Assembly (NCBI GenBank): GCA_964658305.1
Contig: OZ210885.1
Coordinates: 6,014,001 to 6,078,000, forward strand
DNA: 64,000 nt
Direction of reading: 5' to 3'
Origin: Leptogorgia sarmentosa
Taxonomy: Eukaryota
In this document: positions 35,208 through 48,270 of the stretch, one piece after another
How the letters are laid out: each line of letters opens with the position of its first letter
Numbering within the stretch: the stretch's first letter is position 1
Notes under the pieces: model-generated
What the model was told of the DNA's origin: nothing
Seen by the model: the letters and a program-made list of their open reading frames with translations, nothing else
The model's database searches: none
Position numbers and translations under genes: made by a program

Positions 35208-37004
35208 ACCGGTTGCATAAAAATGTAGTTAGCGTAAATTACAGTTAAAACGCAGTTGAAGTTAACTATACCATGGGGCATCGTTAACTTTTCAAAACAT
35301 AGTTAAAAATGGCCGCGTTACCAAGAGTGATCAATTTTTACAATCGAGACAACAACGTAGAAAGACGTTTACCAAGAGTTTTTAATCGCCATCTTCCATG
35401 GGAAGGTTTTTCCGATGAGGAACTCATAAAACGCTATAGGTTTGGCCGAGAATCGCTTCAATTCATAGCGAGATTAATCGATGACGAAGTTCGTCCTCAA
35501 ACACAGCGAAACTTTGTTTTCTTTTTTTCCCTTGTCTCTTCTCAGGCTGGGCAGACATTTTGAAATTTTTGTATACAAATATATTGTAGCAATGTTGATA
35601 TATGGGAAAGTGGCATAACATGACCCAACTAAAAGTAGTGTAGCTACAAGTTGTGTGTTGATATAAATTGCATTGAATATCATCAAATATGAAAATAACA
35701 CAAATTATACATGTCAATTTATATAAATTTTTAATCATGTAAATTATTTACATAGTATTTACTATTTTTGGATGGTACAGGCATGGTGACACGAGGCAAT
35801 TTTTGCTGCAACTTGCAATGCCATTTTAGAGCTAGAGTGATGTTATGCAAAAATTATGTTCACAGAGAAATTCTGAACTGATATTTGATTGATGCTGATA
35901 TTTTTCTTGGTAGACATGTCTAACGGGCAACAACAATGTGAATAACAATGCTAGCTTTGGTAAAGAGAAACGGGGGCATATTCACAGTGTTTCTGTGTGA
36001 ACATGTTCACGTAACATCTCCCTGTGCAAAAATTGAGTTGCAAGTTGCAGCAAAAATTGCCTCGTGTAACAGCACCCAAAATGAATTAGCTGGAAATACT
36101 ACAATTACTTAGCTACTAGAATTGAAAGCTCGATATTCACAGCTTTAAGTAACTATTATCCACAGCTTTTCAAAAAGCATTGGGGAGTGGGGACCATTAC
36201 CCTCCTCCCAAGGATCCGCCACTGATATCTAAGTCAGGTTTAATAGTTTACTAGCTGTAAAGGTACCAAAGGCATAAATTCTAGGACCTTCTAATAAGAG
36301 AATAGGTACTGTACATATTGTAATAAATTAGGTAACTGAAACTCATCTTATTAATAGAGGAGATAAAACAACATCCCATAATAGTGAATAGTGATATTAA
36401 ATTCTTCGTTGATTTCTTCCAAGATGGTAGAAATAATCCCAAACTGAATAGCAGGTTAAAATAATAGCATCATTCATTTTAAGCAGATATATTATATCGC
36501 TCCACTTTAATAAATGTGACTGTGTGATTAGCAGATCCAATAATTTTCATCCAACATTGAAATTGGACCGATTCAGCTATTTCCTGATCATCCAATTTTA
36601 TAAGTTTTAAAGTTGAAACATACAAATCATGGAGTTCATACACAATAGTATGCAAAATATCTAAAAGGATTGCTTTTCATCGCAATATTAAGCCATTTAT
36701 GAAGAGTATTCATTCCAATCGTTCGCCATTAAAATTGTTTTCGAAACAAAATCGAGCCCATAATTAAGTTTAAATTTGCTTAATGCATGTCAGCGGTCAA
36801 TTATAAACGTTATAATTTATGTTAATTTATGTTAACTACCCCACCCGAACCCCACGCACAGTTAACTAGGTGATTAGCTAACTGTCCGACTAACCACGTT
36901 TTATGCAACGCAGTTAAGTCATGTAGTTAGCTAATCGTAGTTAAGGATTAAAAGTTAACTATATAAACTATAGTTAACTTTAACTACGTTTTTATACAAC
37001 CGGT
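35208..37004 (+). mobile_element. PIF/Harbinger internal-deletion derivative
   Basis: TIR accggttgcataaaaatgtagtta / taactacgtttttatacaaccggt; HARBI1-like N-terminus at 35309 (FSDEELIKRYRFGRESL..I..EVRPQTQRN); nested MITE at about 35785-36075. Confidence 0.8.
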
Positions 37005-37337
37005 GTCATTGAGGAAGAACAATTGATGCGAAGGTGAATTACTCCTTATTTTAGTTACAAAAACGATACTGTGCTATAGAAGTCCCTTAGCGAGAAAAGT
37101 TATAAAAGAGTGAAAAATGATCAAGAATTTAGAATACAATGCAAAAACTCTGTCCATGATCAAATAGTTTGTGGCTATCAACTAGTTTCGACCAAAAGAG
37201 GGTGATATCAGAAAATATCATTTTTATTCTTTTTGGCTGGATAAATTACGAGTTTTCACAAAATTTGGATGAGAAGCATCACGTTTTGAAACTTATATCA
37301 ACTCATTGAACCACAACGTCCAAGAACAACGAAAATT

Positions 37338-37419
37338 TGGCAGCGGTGGGATTCGAACCCACGTCATCGAAATGACTGGTGCCTAAAACCAGTGCCTTGG
37401 ACAACTCTGGCACGCTACC
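37338..37419 (-). tRNA. tRNA-Leu(TAG), full length with altered D-arm
   Basis: 82 nt ggtagcgtgccagagttgtccaaggcactggtttTAGgcaccagtcatttcgatgacgtgggttcgaatcccaccgctgcca. Confidence 0.8.
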
Positions 37420-37949
37420 TCAAGCGTATCTATTCATGATTTCGTATCTATTCATGATTTCGTATCTATAATGAAAGCGAAAACGAACTAGTTATTTTAA
37501 TTACAAAAGGGATACTCTGTTAAAAGCTCTTTTAACCAATAAAGTTAAAAAGAAGTGAAAATCAAGAATTTAAAAACCAATGGAAAAACTCTTTCCACGA
37601 TCAAATAGTTTTTGCCATTATTCAAGGTTTCGAAGGTTTTCCAGGCTATCGCGAATATAGTTTTACTGTGCTGGAATTAGATCTTTATTAATCGTGTCAG
37701 CACGTGATACGAACGTATAGGAACGTGAGAAAGGCTCTAATCCATCTTACTATAGCTGAGCGTACGTTCAATTTTTGCAACTCGGCGATTATAGACTAGT
37801 GTGATGATCGACTAAGTCGAATTTACTATAATACGGAAAGAATGCTCCGATTCAAACGTGTAAAAAATACTCAAAACTTCCAACCTTATTTATAAGACAA
37901 AATACTCAAAACTTCCAACCTTAAGACGAATATATTGAATAACGAATAT

Positions 37950-38127
37950 ATCCGTTTGACATTGTACAATTCAAAAAGTTCTTTGTTTTGGATTCTTTCT
38001 ATTCTGACGATTTTGTTCGGGGAAGTTTTCCTGAAAGCTTTTTTAACCTCCTTGTATTCCTTTATCTCCTTGTTCAGGTTGACTTTATTAACTTTTCCCA
38101 ATAAACCCTCATCCCAATAGTCTGGAA
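37950..38127 (-). pseudogene. Orphan exon from the start of a mono-PARP (PARP14/15-like) catalytic domain, truncated
   Basis: Polypyrimidine tract plus AG at 38129-38128, then PDYWD..EYKEVKKAFRKT..KIVRIERIQNKELFELY. Confidence 0.7.
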
Positions 38128-38425
38128 CTAAAAGAAATAAAAGCAGTTACGCGATCAACTTGAGCAAGCTTGATTATGAACTCTTGTCTGAAATTTATTA
38201 GTTATCGAATAACCGATACTGTCTCTGGTTTAGTTTCAACTGACAATTTTTTTAAGATGTCTCTAAAATACTGATCTCTAAAATTTTGACACTGTCTCTA
38301 AAATGTAATTAATTACTTGATCACAATTACTTCTTCAGGAAAGCAATTAATTACAGTAACAAAATTACAATTTAAAAACGTAATTAATTACAAAATACAC
38401 AACATGCCTTTGTAATGTTCAGCGT

Positions 38426-40948
38426 CAGTGGCGTACCAATTGTCTGTTCTAAATCACGTGTAGCGAAACGAAATCTTACCATTCCGCGCCTAGAACTGAT
38501 AGCAGGTCATATGGCTGTAAATCTTGTAACAAATGTCGAAGCAGCTCTTAGCAATTACCAGATAGCAACCCACTGCTGGCTGGACTCAACCGTTGCACTG
38601 TACTGGATCCAAGGCAGAGGCGGTTATCGACAGTTTGTGGCGAACCGGGTCGGCAAGATACAGCAGCATGATCATGTAACCTGGCATCATGTACCTACAT
38701 CACAGAACCCAGCTGACTTGGGAAGTCGAGGTGGAGCAGTAAAAGACGACCAACTATGGAAAGAAGGACCAACCTGGCTGAGTGATCGCGCCCAATGGCC
38801 GGTAGATGTGACGTTGGAAGCAACAGCTGAAACAAGAGCTGAGGAAAAGTGAAGCAGGAGGTACTAGCTGTAACTTCCACCGAGGAAGACGAGTTCGACC
38901 AGTTGCTTATGAAACATGACCTTCACAAAGTCCTTCGTATTGGAGCCTGGATTCAGCGGTTCATTACTAACTGTAGAGTCACCCCTAAAGAGAGAAAAGT
39001 TGGTGCAATCGAGACGGAAGAGATAGGACGAGTTAGAGTATGGTGGATAAAGCGCGCTCAACGGTCGGCACAGCAAGACACCCGGTTTCAGGCTGATAAG
39101 CTTCATCTAAACCTCCAACCCAACGATCAAGAGATTCTAGAATGTCGTGGACGAATAAGTGGAGAGTTCCCAACATACCTACCTGACAGTCACCCGTTTA
39201 CAGTGTCATTAGTCCACCGAGCGCATATTTCAACCTTACACGGCGGCGTTGGTATGACTATGTAAAAAGTGCGAGAGCGGCATTGGGTCCCCAGACTCCG
39301 CAGACTGGCTAAACAAGTAAGATCTAATTGCCATGGCTGCAGAAGATTCCAAGCAAAGGCATTCAGTGCACCACCGCCGGGCAAGTTACCAAGAACAAGG
39401 ACGGAGGGGACAGCACCCTTTCAAGTGTTAGGCGTGGACTTTGCTGGCCAAATAAGGTATCGAGTCAAGGGCAATAAAGAGAAGAAAGCGTACCTCGCTC
39501 TGTTTGCGTGTAGTTTAACGCGTGCAGTGCATTTAGAATTAGTGAAGTCTTTAGAAACAGACGACTTTATCATGTGTTTTAAGAAGTTTATAGCAAGAAG
39601 GGGGAGGCCAGAACTGGTCTACTCTGACAATGGGACGACATTTAAGGCAGCGGCGAGGTGGCTACAGACGGTGAGGAAAGACGAGAAGTTCAACGACAAT
39701 CTAGCGGAGTTGGAGATCAAATGGCGATTTAACTTGAGTCGGGCCCCCTGGTGGGGGGGTCAATTTGAAAGGCTCATTGGATTATTCAAGAGAGCCTTCT
39801 ACAAGTCAATCGGAAATGGGACATTAAACTGGACGGAATTGGAGGAAGTAGTACTGGACATAGAAATAGCATTAAACAACCGTCCGCTCACATATTTGGA
39901 AGATGACATCCAACAGCCAGTTCTGACACCCAACTCTATGCTTCAAATCAACCCGAACTGCCTACCTGAGTTGGAACCCTATCATATGGAAAATAAGGAT
40001 TTGAAGAGACGTGCAAAGTTCCTGCGAAGGTGCAAAGAAGCTATGTGGAACAGATGGAGCCGGGAGTATGTAAAGGGTCTTCGCGGACAGCATCGCAATA
40101 CGAGTTCAAAGGGATCGACGCATCCGAAGGTCGGCGAAATAGTAATCGTACAAGACGAGAATCGGCCGAGGAATCGTTGGAAGCTAGCTATGGTGAGCCG
40201 ACTCATCACGGGGAGAGACAATGTTACACGGGGAGCTGTACTGAAGACCGGAACGGGAACGTTAGAAAGAGCGATCCAGCACCTTTTCCCCCTGGAGCTA
40301 TCCTGCGACCGTCAACAAACCTATCCACTAAACCCGAACGCCCCCGAATACCACCCTGATCCGAGGCCAAGAAGGAAGGCGGCAGCGAAAGCGGAAGAAA
40401 GGATACGGAAAATTGCAAGAGATGAAGATTAAACGAACAGTACTGTAAAACTTATGGTGTTTAGAACTTTAATGAACCTTTCGAGGCATAAATATTCTTA
40501 CGTATAGTCGAAGTTAAGTTTGGAACATTCGCGAACTCGAGACTTAGCATGTATATTTTTGAAAATAATATACATGGGGGAGTGTGTCCGAGATTAGGAT
40601 AATTTAATTTATGTTTAATTATGCATGCAACACGTGACAGAAAGTGGCGTGATTTGAGGTATGTGTTTTGGTGGGGACGTGAGATTCAGATTAAAGGTTT
40701 ATGTGTGAATTTGTTGAGAAAGAAGCTGAATTTCCAACAGAACAATATCTACTGACTACTTGGGTATACTCTGTATTTAGAATATTGATATTAAAACGAC
40801 AAAAGATAGCTTACTAGTGTGTATGTATTAATGATTAAATGCCGTTCCAAACCAAATTTCCGGAGGGATACTGCTGAACGCGGCGCCTTCAGAAGGGGCG
40901 GCAAATCGGAGCAGCGCCCCCGGCAAATTTTTGTACGGTACGCCACTG
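38426..40948. mobile_element. hAT-ended composite element enclosing a BEL/Pao fragment
   Basis: 12-bp TIR cagtggcgtacc / ggtacgccactg; perfect 8-bp TSD TTCAGCGT (38418-38425, 40949-40956). Confidence 0.9.
38438..40850 (+). mobile_element. BEL/Pao LTR retrotransposon 3' part (RNase H end, integrase, PPT, partial 3' LTR)
   Basis: SKSRVA..LTIPRLEL, DSTVALYWI, FVANRV, NPADLGSRG, LHGG..C..C, GVDFAG, SDNGTTF, PWWGGQFERLI, LNNRPL; in-frame stops at 38850 and 39263; PPT ggggggag-like run at about 40575-40582 then TGT. Confidence 0.92.
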
Positions 40949-41596
40949 TTCAGCGTTCACAAAAAGATAAATATATATTCCCTATATTGTTGTAAATGCG
41001 TTCATCCATAGTAATTATGTAAATACTCGTGTATATATAAGCTTGGATGATTATTAAAAAAGCTGTGTGTGCAACGAAACTAATAATAGTTTATCAACAT
41101 TATTATTCGATCTAAATTACAACATAATACATAGTTACTCACACATTTACAAAAACAAACGTTTACCAGTACGGAAACAACTTACTTCTTGGCCCTATCC
41201 CTCAAATAATATACAAATATGAAATATCAACCACAAAATCCCGCAATAAATCTTAATTAACCTTTTTCTTTCGTCCGACAACGTGCTTCTGGTTTCTTGA
41301 CAGTCACGTGACGCGAACATAAATTATGCACAAACGTCACAAACATAAATTATGCTAAACAGAACACATACAGAGTAAATAGTACTACAATATGATATAT
41401 AACTTAATTCGATACTTAATCTTTTACATAATAGAGCCATTTATACGAGACAAAATAAGTCTCATCCTCGTTTAAACAGGCCGCATTTGATTATTCGAAT
41501 GAACCATGTTCCGTATAATCTTTTGTGTTGTTTGAATCTTCTGCTAGGCGCAGTCAACTTGAGTGTTTTACCGAGTTTCTACCCATTGCTTCAATT

Positions 41597-42539
41597 CAGG
41601 CCCGTAGCTGAGGGGGGCCTGGGGGGGCAGTGCCCCCCCACTCGGAAAGAAAATTGAAATTGTGCCCCCTATGCCACGATCTTTTTGCCGTTTAAAAATT
41701 AGACAGCGAGGCTGTCCATGAAAGAATAGTAATCGAAGGCGTAGCCTAATTATTTTGGTGTAATAGCCATATTAAATAGCCACAAATAGTGCGGTATTTT
41801 GTAGTTTGTGTGACTTGGATCACTAACTAAACTAGCTGCGAGCACAAAGGTCAAAACAGTGCCGGATTAACCCTATGGCAGAAAGGGCGTCCGCCCACGG
41901 GCCCCGCGCTTTGGGGGCCCCGCGCTTTGGGGGCCCCGCGCTTTGGGGGCCCCGCGCTTTGGGGGCCCCGCGCTTTGGGGGCCCCGCGCTTTGGGGGCCC
42001 CGCGTTTTACTCAGTTCTAATCTTTTTCGGCGCTTGGGTAGACAAAAACGGGCCCAAAAAACTGGTGGTAAACTTTGTGGCAACTCCACAAAAGTAAAAC
42101 AACATTACTCCGAAGAGCGAGGCCCCATAGATCAGACCAAATAAAAAAAAACGCGAGGCCTTGCAAATCAAAGGCGAGGCCCAATTCGCCCAAAAGTCAA
42201 GATGGCACCTTTTTGGCTTAAAATGAAATGGCCGTTTCCGGCGATCTAGAGGCTCTAAATTCTCAAAATTTTCTCGCTCGACGCCAACCATGGTGGCGTC
42301 TCGTGAGACTCGGCCTCCCCCCCCCCCCCCAAGAATTACAAACCGTTCCTACGGCCCTGAAATTGCGGTAATGCTGTGATATGTCCCGACAAATATAATT
42401 CAAAAAATATGTGTGAGGGGCCCCGCGCTGAACATCTGCCACAGGCCCCGCGCGATGTTAATGTCAAAAGCGTACCAAATCTTTTTAATATTTTTTTCTG
42501 CAGTGCCCCCCCAGAAATTAAGAGCCAGCTACGGGCCTG
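41597..42539. mobile_element. hAT MITE containing further nested hAT-like ends
   Basis: TIR caggcccgtagctg / cagctacgggcctg; 8-bp TSD CTTCAATT; nested ends at about 41858 (cagtgccggattaa) and 42346-42359. Confidence 0.9.
41902..42005 (+). repeat. 16-bp tandem repeat (ccccgcgctttggggg) x6.5
   Basis: Six perfect units plus a partial unit. Confidence 0.95.
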
Positions 42540-43109
42540 CTTCAATTGTCGGCAATATACCCCATATGCCTTGTCTATTTTTGTAAAACGAAAATTTTTC
42601 GCATTTCGGTAAAAGAAAGCTGCATGCTTAAATGCAGGAACGATAACCTTATATAATGCAAGCCTATTCATTTTTTTGTGGTATTTAATTGAAAAACGGT
42701 TTATATCACCTTGACTTCTGGAGAAAGTCTGCATTTCCGGTTGTTTCTTTTAATCAGTCCTTGGGTATCACACTGCTGTATACGACGTTCTAAACTTTCC
42801 AGTGATTTGGAGATGTCAGACAAAGATTTCAGCACTTGCTCATTGACTTTTTTCTGTTCCTCTAATCTCTGTAAAAAAAGGAATTTTGTATACGGTATAT
42901 ATATTTTCAGCCGTTTTTAGACCAAAATACGCCTGGAATATTAAAAAGTAAAATCTAAATGCATATTCTAAATTCTGCACTTTATATTATATGATTATAT
43001 TACGAGCAGGCAATCAGCATCATCCGAAATAGTATACTATATATAGTGTGATTCTACCAAACAGATATATTCTTTTTAAATTCTTAGTTTGGCAAGGCGG
43101 TTACCGATG

Positions 43110-44950
43110 CTCTGGAGAGCGAAACCCTCAAAGGAGCAGTAAGGGACGAATTCAATCGCGACATATGCTATTCCATAAAACAGCATACGATAAATCCAAA
43201 AAAACAGGAACGGGCACACGTTTGCGTTTATGATAATTTCCCGGTATCCATTTCTGGCAGACAAACTTGGCTGTGGAACAGTATGTATACCATTTAATCT
43301 TCTTGAAGGTTCAATACTTGTAATGTAACCATGCTCGAATACAATTTTAATAATTGATAGCTAATTAATAATAAGCTCGAATAATTTAAACATTTTTTTG
43401 GTGTTTTTCCAATATCAGACACCGCGCCAGCAGGTATGGAGTTCAAATATGAAACAAACGTCTAATCTAAGATGTCATACACAAAAGCATTAAAACTAAA
43501 TATTTTTTAACGTATTATTATCTTACTATTAAAGGCGTCATGGGAGCAAGCGATCAAAAAGTCGTTTTAAAAACATGCGACGGAAAAGGAAGGCGACGGC
43601 ATCTCCGTCCAGATCAACGCCATTCATCAAAATCTCCGACATCGCTGCGGAAGAAGCGGGTGATGTTTCGACAGGGGAAACCTCCGACACCCTGTGCGAG
43701 CACAGAAATGCTCTTAAAAAGGAGATGGCTAAGCCAAAAAACAGAAATCTGATGCAGATTAAAGAGTTGATGGATATCACCTTCAAAGATAGGCGGAAAT
43801 GTATTGAAAGACCTCCAACAACTCTTCATTTGCTGCTCCAGCAATACCCAGCGCTGAAGTTGGTGACCGAGGTATAATTTTTATTGTTGATTAGCCTTGC
43901 AACATTATGTATTATGGTGCGCAGTCAAAAGAAGCGCACTTTGAATATGATACATGAACTTCGCACGAGGATGAGAGTTGGCGGGAGTAGGCAGTCGTGT
44001 GGATGCATGTTCAATCAAATCCTGTACTGTCTTGAAGCAAAGTTTTTCATTTTATCAGTGTAAAGCTTAAAACACCCCTGTGGCAATTCATGACTGCCAA
44101 CTCTCCTATAGCTCAACTCGTTGCTCAAACATTCGGTTGCAGCTTTCAAATAGCACAACATACGCGACACTGTGAGTTCTTTCTTCGTATTATCTCACTT
44201 TACGTCCGGCTTGCTCATACAAACACACTTTTGTCACAATGCATGCATGCAGTCATCAGTTTTCTCTAACAAATTTTTATTGTATCAAACAGCTTGTTCC
44301 AGGTTGTTAACAAGTCCAGGGATGTTCGTAGCCCGTTCAGCTTAAATGGCCGATAAGTCAAATTTAAACACCAAATATGATGTTGTATACACGAGTATTC
44401 AGAGTGAAAAATGTGATTGTTCAATAAACACATGCATAGACGTGCTTGTGGACTAATCCACCATTTAGCTAAACGGGCTACGAACAACTGGCCACAGACG
44501 CTCAAATTGTGCTAACTCAAAGTTTCTGCTCGATTTTCCATTTACGCGCTGCACCCTTAAAAATAATTGTGTATTGAGGTTCTGCCTGTATACAATTGTA
44601 CGTTCTTTTGAAATGCTTTGAATATTCATCTCTTAGCTACCAAGTTAAAATGTCACCTTTGGAACGGTGGGATTCTGATCGAGGCCTTTTAATAGGTTTA
44701 CTGTATCCATACCATAGCATCTCCAACAAATCAAACCGGGTATATGCATGTCAAGTTCTTCTTTCTTTTCTATAGCTGAAGCCCAAATTTGATCGCATAA
44801 CTTCGACAGGCACGTACCGGAGAATGACGGAAGCATTCCGAAGTGACCTGGTGACCAAACTTCTCAACTTGGCACAAAAAAAGACAGAGAGCAGAACTGT
44901 CAACATCATTGTGTCAACCATTCAGGAAGCCATCATGGAGGAACAACTTA
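43110..44950 (+). pseudogene. Spliced SAMD3-like transposon-associated ORF remnants (often linked to animal CACTA elements)
   Basis: IISRYPFLADKLGCGT|gt, ag|ASWEQAI.SRFKNMRR, ALKKEMAKP..IKELMDITFKDRRKCI..LLQQYPAL..E|gt, FDRIT..KLLNLA. Confidence 0.55.
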
Positions 44951-45430
44951 CTTTATTTGTTTCCTTTTGTTCCCGTACACGATGTTTTGAAACATTTCGG
45001 TCATTTCCATAACGCCGCTTAGAGATTCTCCGTCAACACTGCCATCAGAATATTCACTGGCGCGTTCACCTTCATGACTAACCATGTCAGAATTGTCGGA
45101 TGAAGCCATTGCCAAAAATGTATTTCTGAATGCAGACAAATGAATAAAAAAGCTATCTATTGAAACGCGTCTCCTTGTGCGATTTTTGAATTTCGATTTG
45201 TCATGCAGGCACATGCAGGCACATGCAGTGAAATGCGATATACGGCAGTTTGTCGGATAAGTATACCTGTCTTCACATATCGTCAGTCCAGGTGCAGGGC
45301 ATGACATAACAAGATGATTGACTAATTTCCTATTTTGTTGTTTCCTAATTTGTATGTATATTGCAAATATAGAGGCAACAGCCGCAACACTTAGCTAATA
45401 AGTTGGCACAACTCACAAACTCAAGTTAAG

Positions 45431-48270
45431 ATGAGGAAATCTGGGAAAAGGAAGCACTGCCCACATTGTAAATCAAAACGTTAGTGACTCCATGTTTCGG
45501 CAGCATAAAAAACTCTTTTACGACTTCCGTCGAAACAGTTGGAAGAATGTTTTTGATGATTGTAATGATGTGTATGAAGGTAAATGGATATTAATGTCAT
45601 TCATTTACATAATATGTTCGAGTATATGTCTCTGCCTTGCAATCCAATTTTCGGTTTCATGCATTAGAAGACCACCGGTACCTCCATCCAGCAAGCTATA
45701 TATATATATGTATGTAAAATCATAAAATCATCAAGTCAATTCTCACACGAGTTGTTTTAAAACTTTCTTCCCATTGCTGTTTCACATATACGAATAGTCA
45801 TATAGGTTTTGTACGCGCAGACCAGACACAACAAACCAGACCAGATTGTTTGTCTGCGATAATTTGTGTGGGAGGGGGCCGGGCAACCTAAATGTACTGA
45901 CGATCATGCTGCACAAGAGTGAGCAAATTTTTTAATTAGCAATATGACAATCAATGTATTATAGTCAATATCCTGACAACATTATGGAACTTTAGATTCA
46001 CCACGGCTACGAAATCTAGTACGGCTACGGGATTTTTACCTTCGAATATTTGCAATCCCAAACGTCTAATCGTTTACATTTTTATATTCCGCGTCTTTAA
46101 ATGGTTCAGTGGAACCATGCAGTTAATTGTAATTAATTTTCAGTAGTTATTGCAAAAATATTATCTCGTAGTCGTACTAGATTTCGTAGCAGTCGCCTAT
46201 CTAAGCTCTGTATTATCAGTTTTACTACGGAGGTTCAGATGTAATACAAAACGAAACAAACTCCGAATATCATTATCTTGTAGAATCAAGACTTGAGTTA
46301 TTTATTTATGGTAACGTATATATGTAACGTCTTTCAGTTCTACGTAACAAACTAAATTCTTGTTCTGTCACTTCCAGGCGAAACCAGCGTCAGGTTTCCA
46401 CAAGCTCCTCTCGATACTCGATATAATGAAGGAGCCAATACGTCAGACGGTTTATATATGAGCCCGGAGGCAGAGGAGTTATTCGAGCAGCAGCTGTCTT
46501 AAAAGAAATATGGCAACGAGTGTGACAGCAGAGAAACTACCTGACTGTTCAGAACATAACAGTGGTGACTGAGAAAGCGATGAAGGCGAGCAGAATAAAG
46601 GTGAACAAGCAGATGAATTGAGCGACATAGAAGTATGGGAAGACGATGATTTGGAAGAGACTCAAAATATGGAAAGCTTCGGCAATACGGATAATGTAAT
46701 CGACCGTGGTAATACTACTTGTACTGACATTATAACAGCATTGTCTGTTTTCATTCTTTTATGGCAGAAGTGCTTCAGCGTCTCGGGTGTCGCAATATCG
46801 GCATTGCTCAAGTTTTTTAAGATGATGTTTGTGATGATTGGAGACATTACAGGATCAAACCTAATGAAAGCCATTGGGAATACATTCCCTATCAGCCTGC
46901 AAACAATAAAGCACCTTCTTGGGTTGGATGGAAATGCTTTTAAAAACTATGCTGTGTGTCCCAAATGTAATGCACTATACGACAAACAATTTTGCATGAA
47001 AACATTACCGGATGGACGTGTTGTTAGCAAGAGTTGTACAAACGTAGAATGGCCAAACCATCCTAGAAAGAGTAGCCGCGTTCTCCATGTGGTGAGAAAG
47101 TGATGAAAAAAGTGAGAGGAAAAACAGGGAACTTTTTCTGGTATCCAAGAAAAGTAGCTGTTTTCCAAAGCTTATTCTTCTCATTAACAAGGTTTTTCAA
47201 TTCCGCAAATTTCAAAGAGAAATGTGAAAGGTGGAGGAACAAGTGCAGAGAATCTCAAAACGGTGACGAATTGAGAGATATATATGATGGGAAAATGTGG
47301 AAAGAATTTCAGAATGTCGATGGTACACCCTTTTTAAGTCAGGAGGATAATTACGCATTGATGCTGAATGTAGATTGGTTTAATCCTTTCAAACATGCGC
47401 CTGGTTCAATCGGGGCACTATACTGTGTCTTTGCCAATTTGCCTCGAGAAGAAAGATATAAAAGAGAGAACATTTTGCTACTGGCATTAATAGAAGGTGA
47501 GCCAAAACACGATCTCAACTCTGTTCTGAAGCCAATTGTGGACGAATTACTGACTCTTTGGAATGGACACAGGTTTTGGATTAACTTGAAGTATACTCTT
47601 GTGCGGGTAGCATTATTATGCGTAGCTTGCGATATTCCTGCAGCCCGAAAAGTGGCAGGTTTCATGAATCACAATGCCATACTTGGTTGTTCCAGATGCC
47701 TGAAGCGATTTCCCGTTACAACGTTTGGAGAACGACCCGACTATTCTGGATTTGGAAGAGATTCTTAGCCTAAACGGAATGCTGATCAACATCGTACGCA
47801 CGCATTTGAAACACTTAAAGCTACGTCAGAGAGCCAACGGAAAGAAATGGAACGGACGTGTGGTTGTCGTTATACGGAATTACTGCGTTTACCATATTAC
47901 GATGGCATCAGATTTGTGATCATAGATCCAATGCATAATTTATTACTAGGCACAGCGAAGCACATGTTCAACAAATGGTGTGAGAAAGGAATCCTGAAGT
48001 CGCAAGATCTGGCGTTCATTTAAGATCATATAGATGGTATTGTAGTTCCTCGAGATGTTGGGCGAATACCTAACAAGCTGAGAGGAGGCGCATCTGGAAT
48101 GACAGCAGATCAGTGGAAGAATTGGACTTTAATATATTCACCATATATTCTATCGAAGATTCTCGAGAGAGACCACTATGAGTGCTGGATGTTATTTGTA
48201 TCAGCATGTTCAATATTATGTGGACGAACAATTTCACATGCAAAATTAGAGGACGCTGACCGAATCTCAG
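45431..48270 (+). mobile_element. CACTA/EnSpm transposase pseudogene
   Basis: Probable first exon with HCPHC motif (45431-45579); VCPKC, LRDIYDGKMW, LNVDWFNPFKH, NLPREERYKRENI, CDIPAARKVAGF..GCSRC, IDPMHNLLLGTAK, TADQWKNW; stops and frameshifts. Confidence 0.88.

Noticed and set aside
41902..42005. Possible CRISPR-like array
   Set aside because: Units are directly adjacent with no spacers; eukaryotic MITE context
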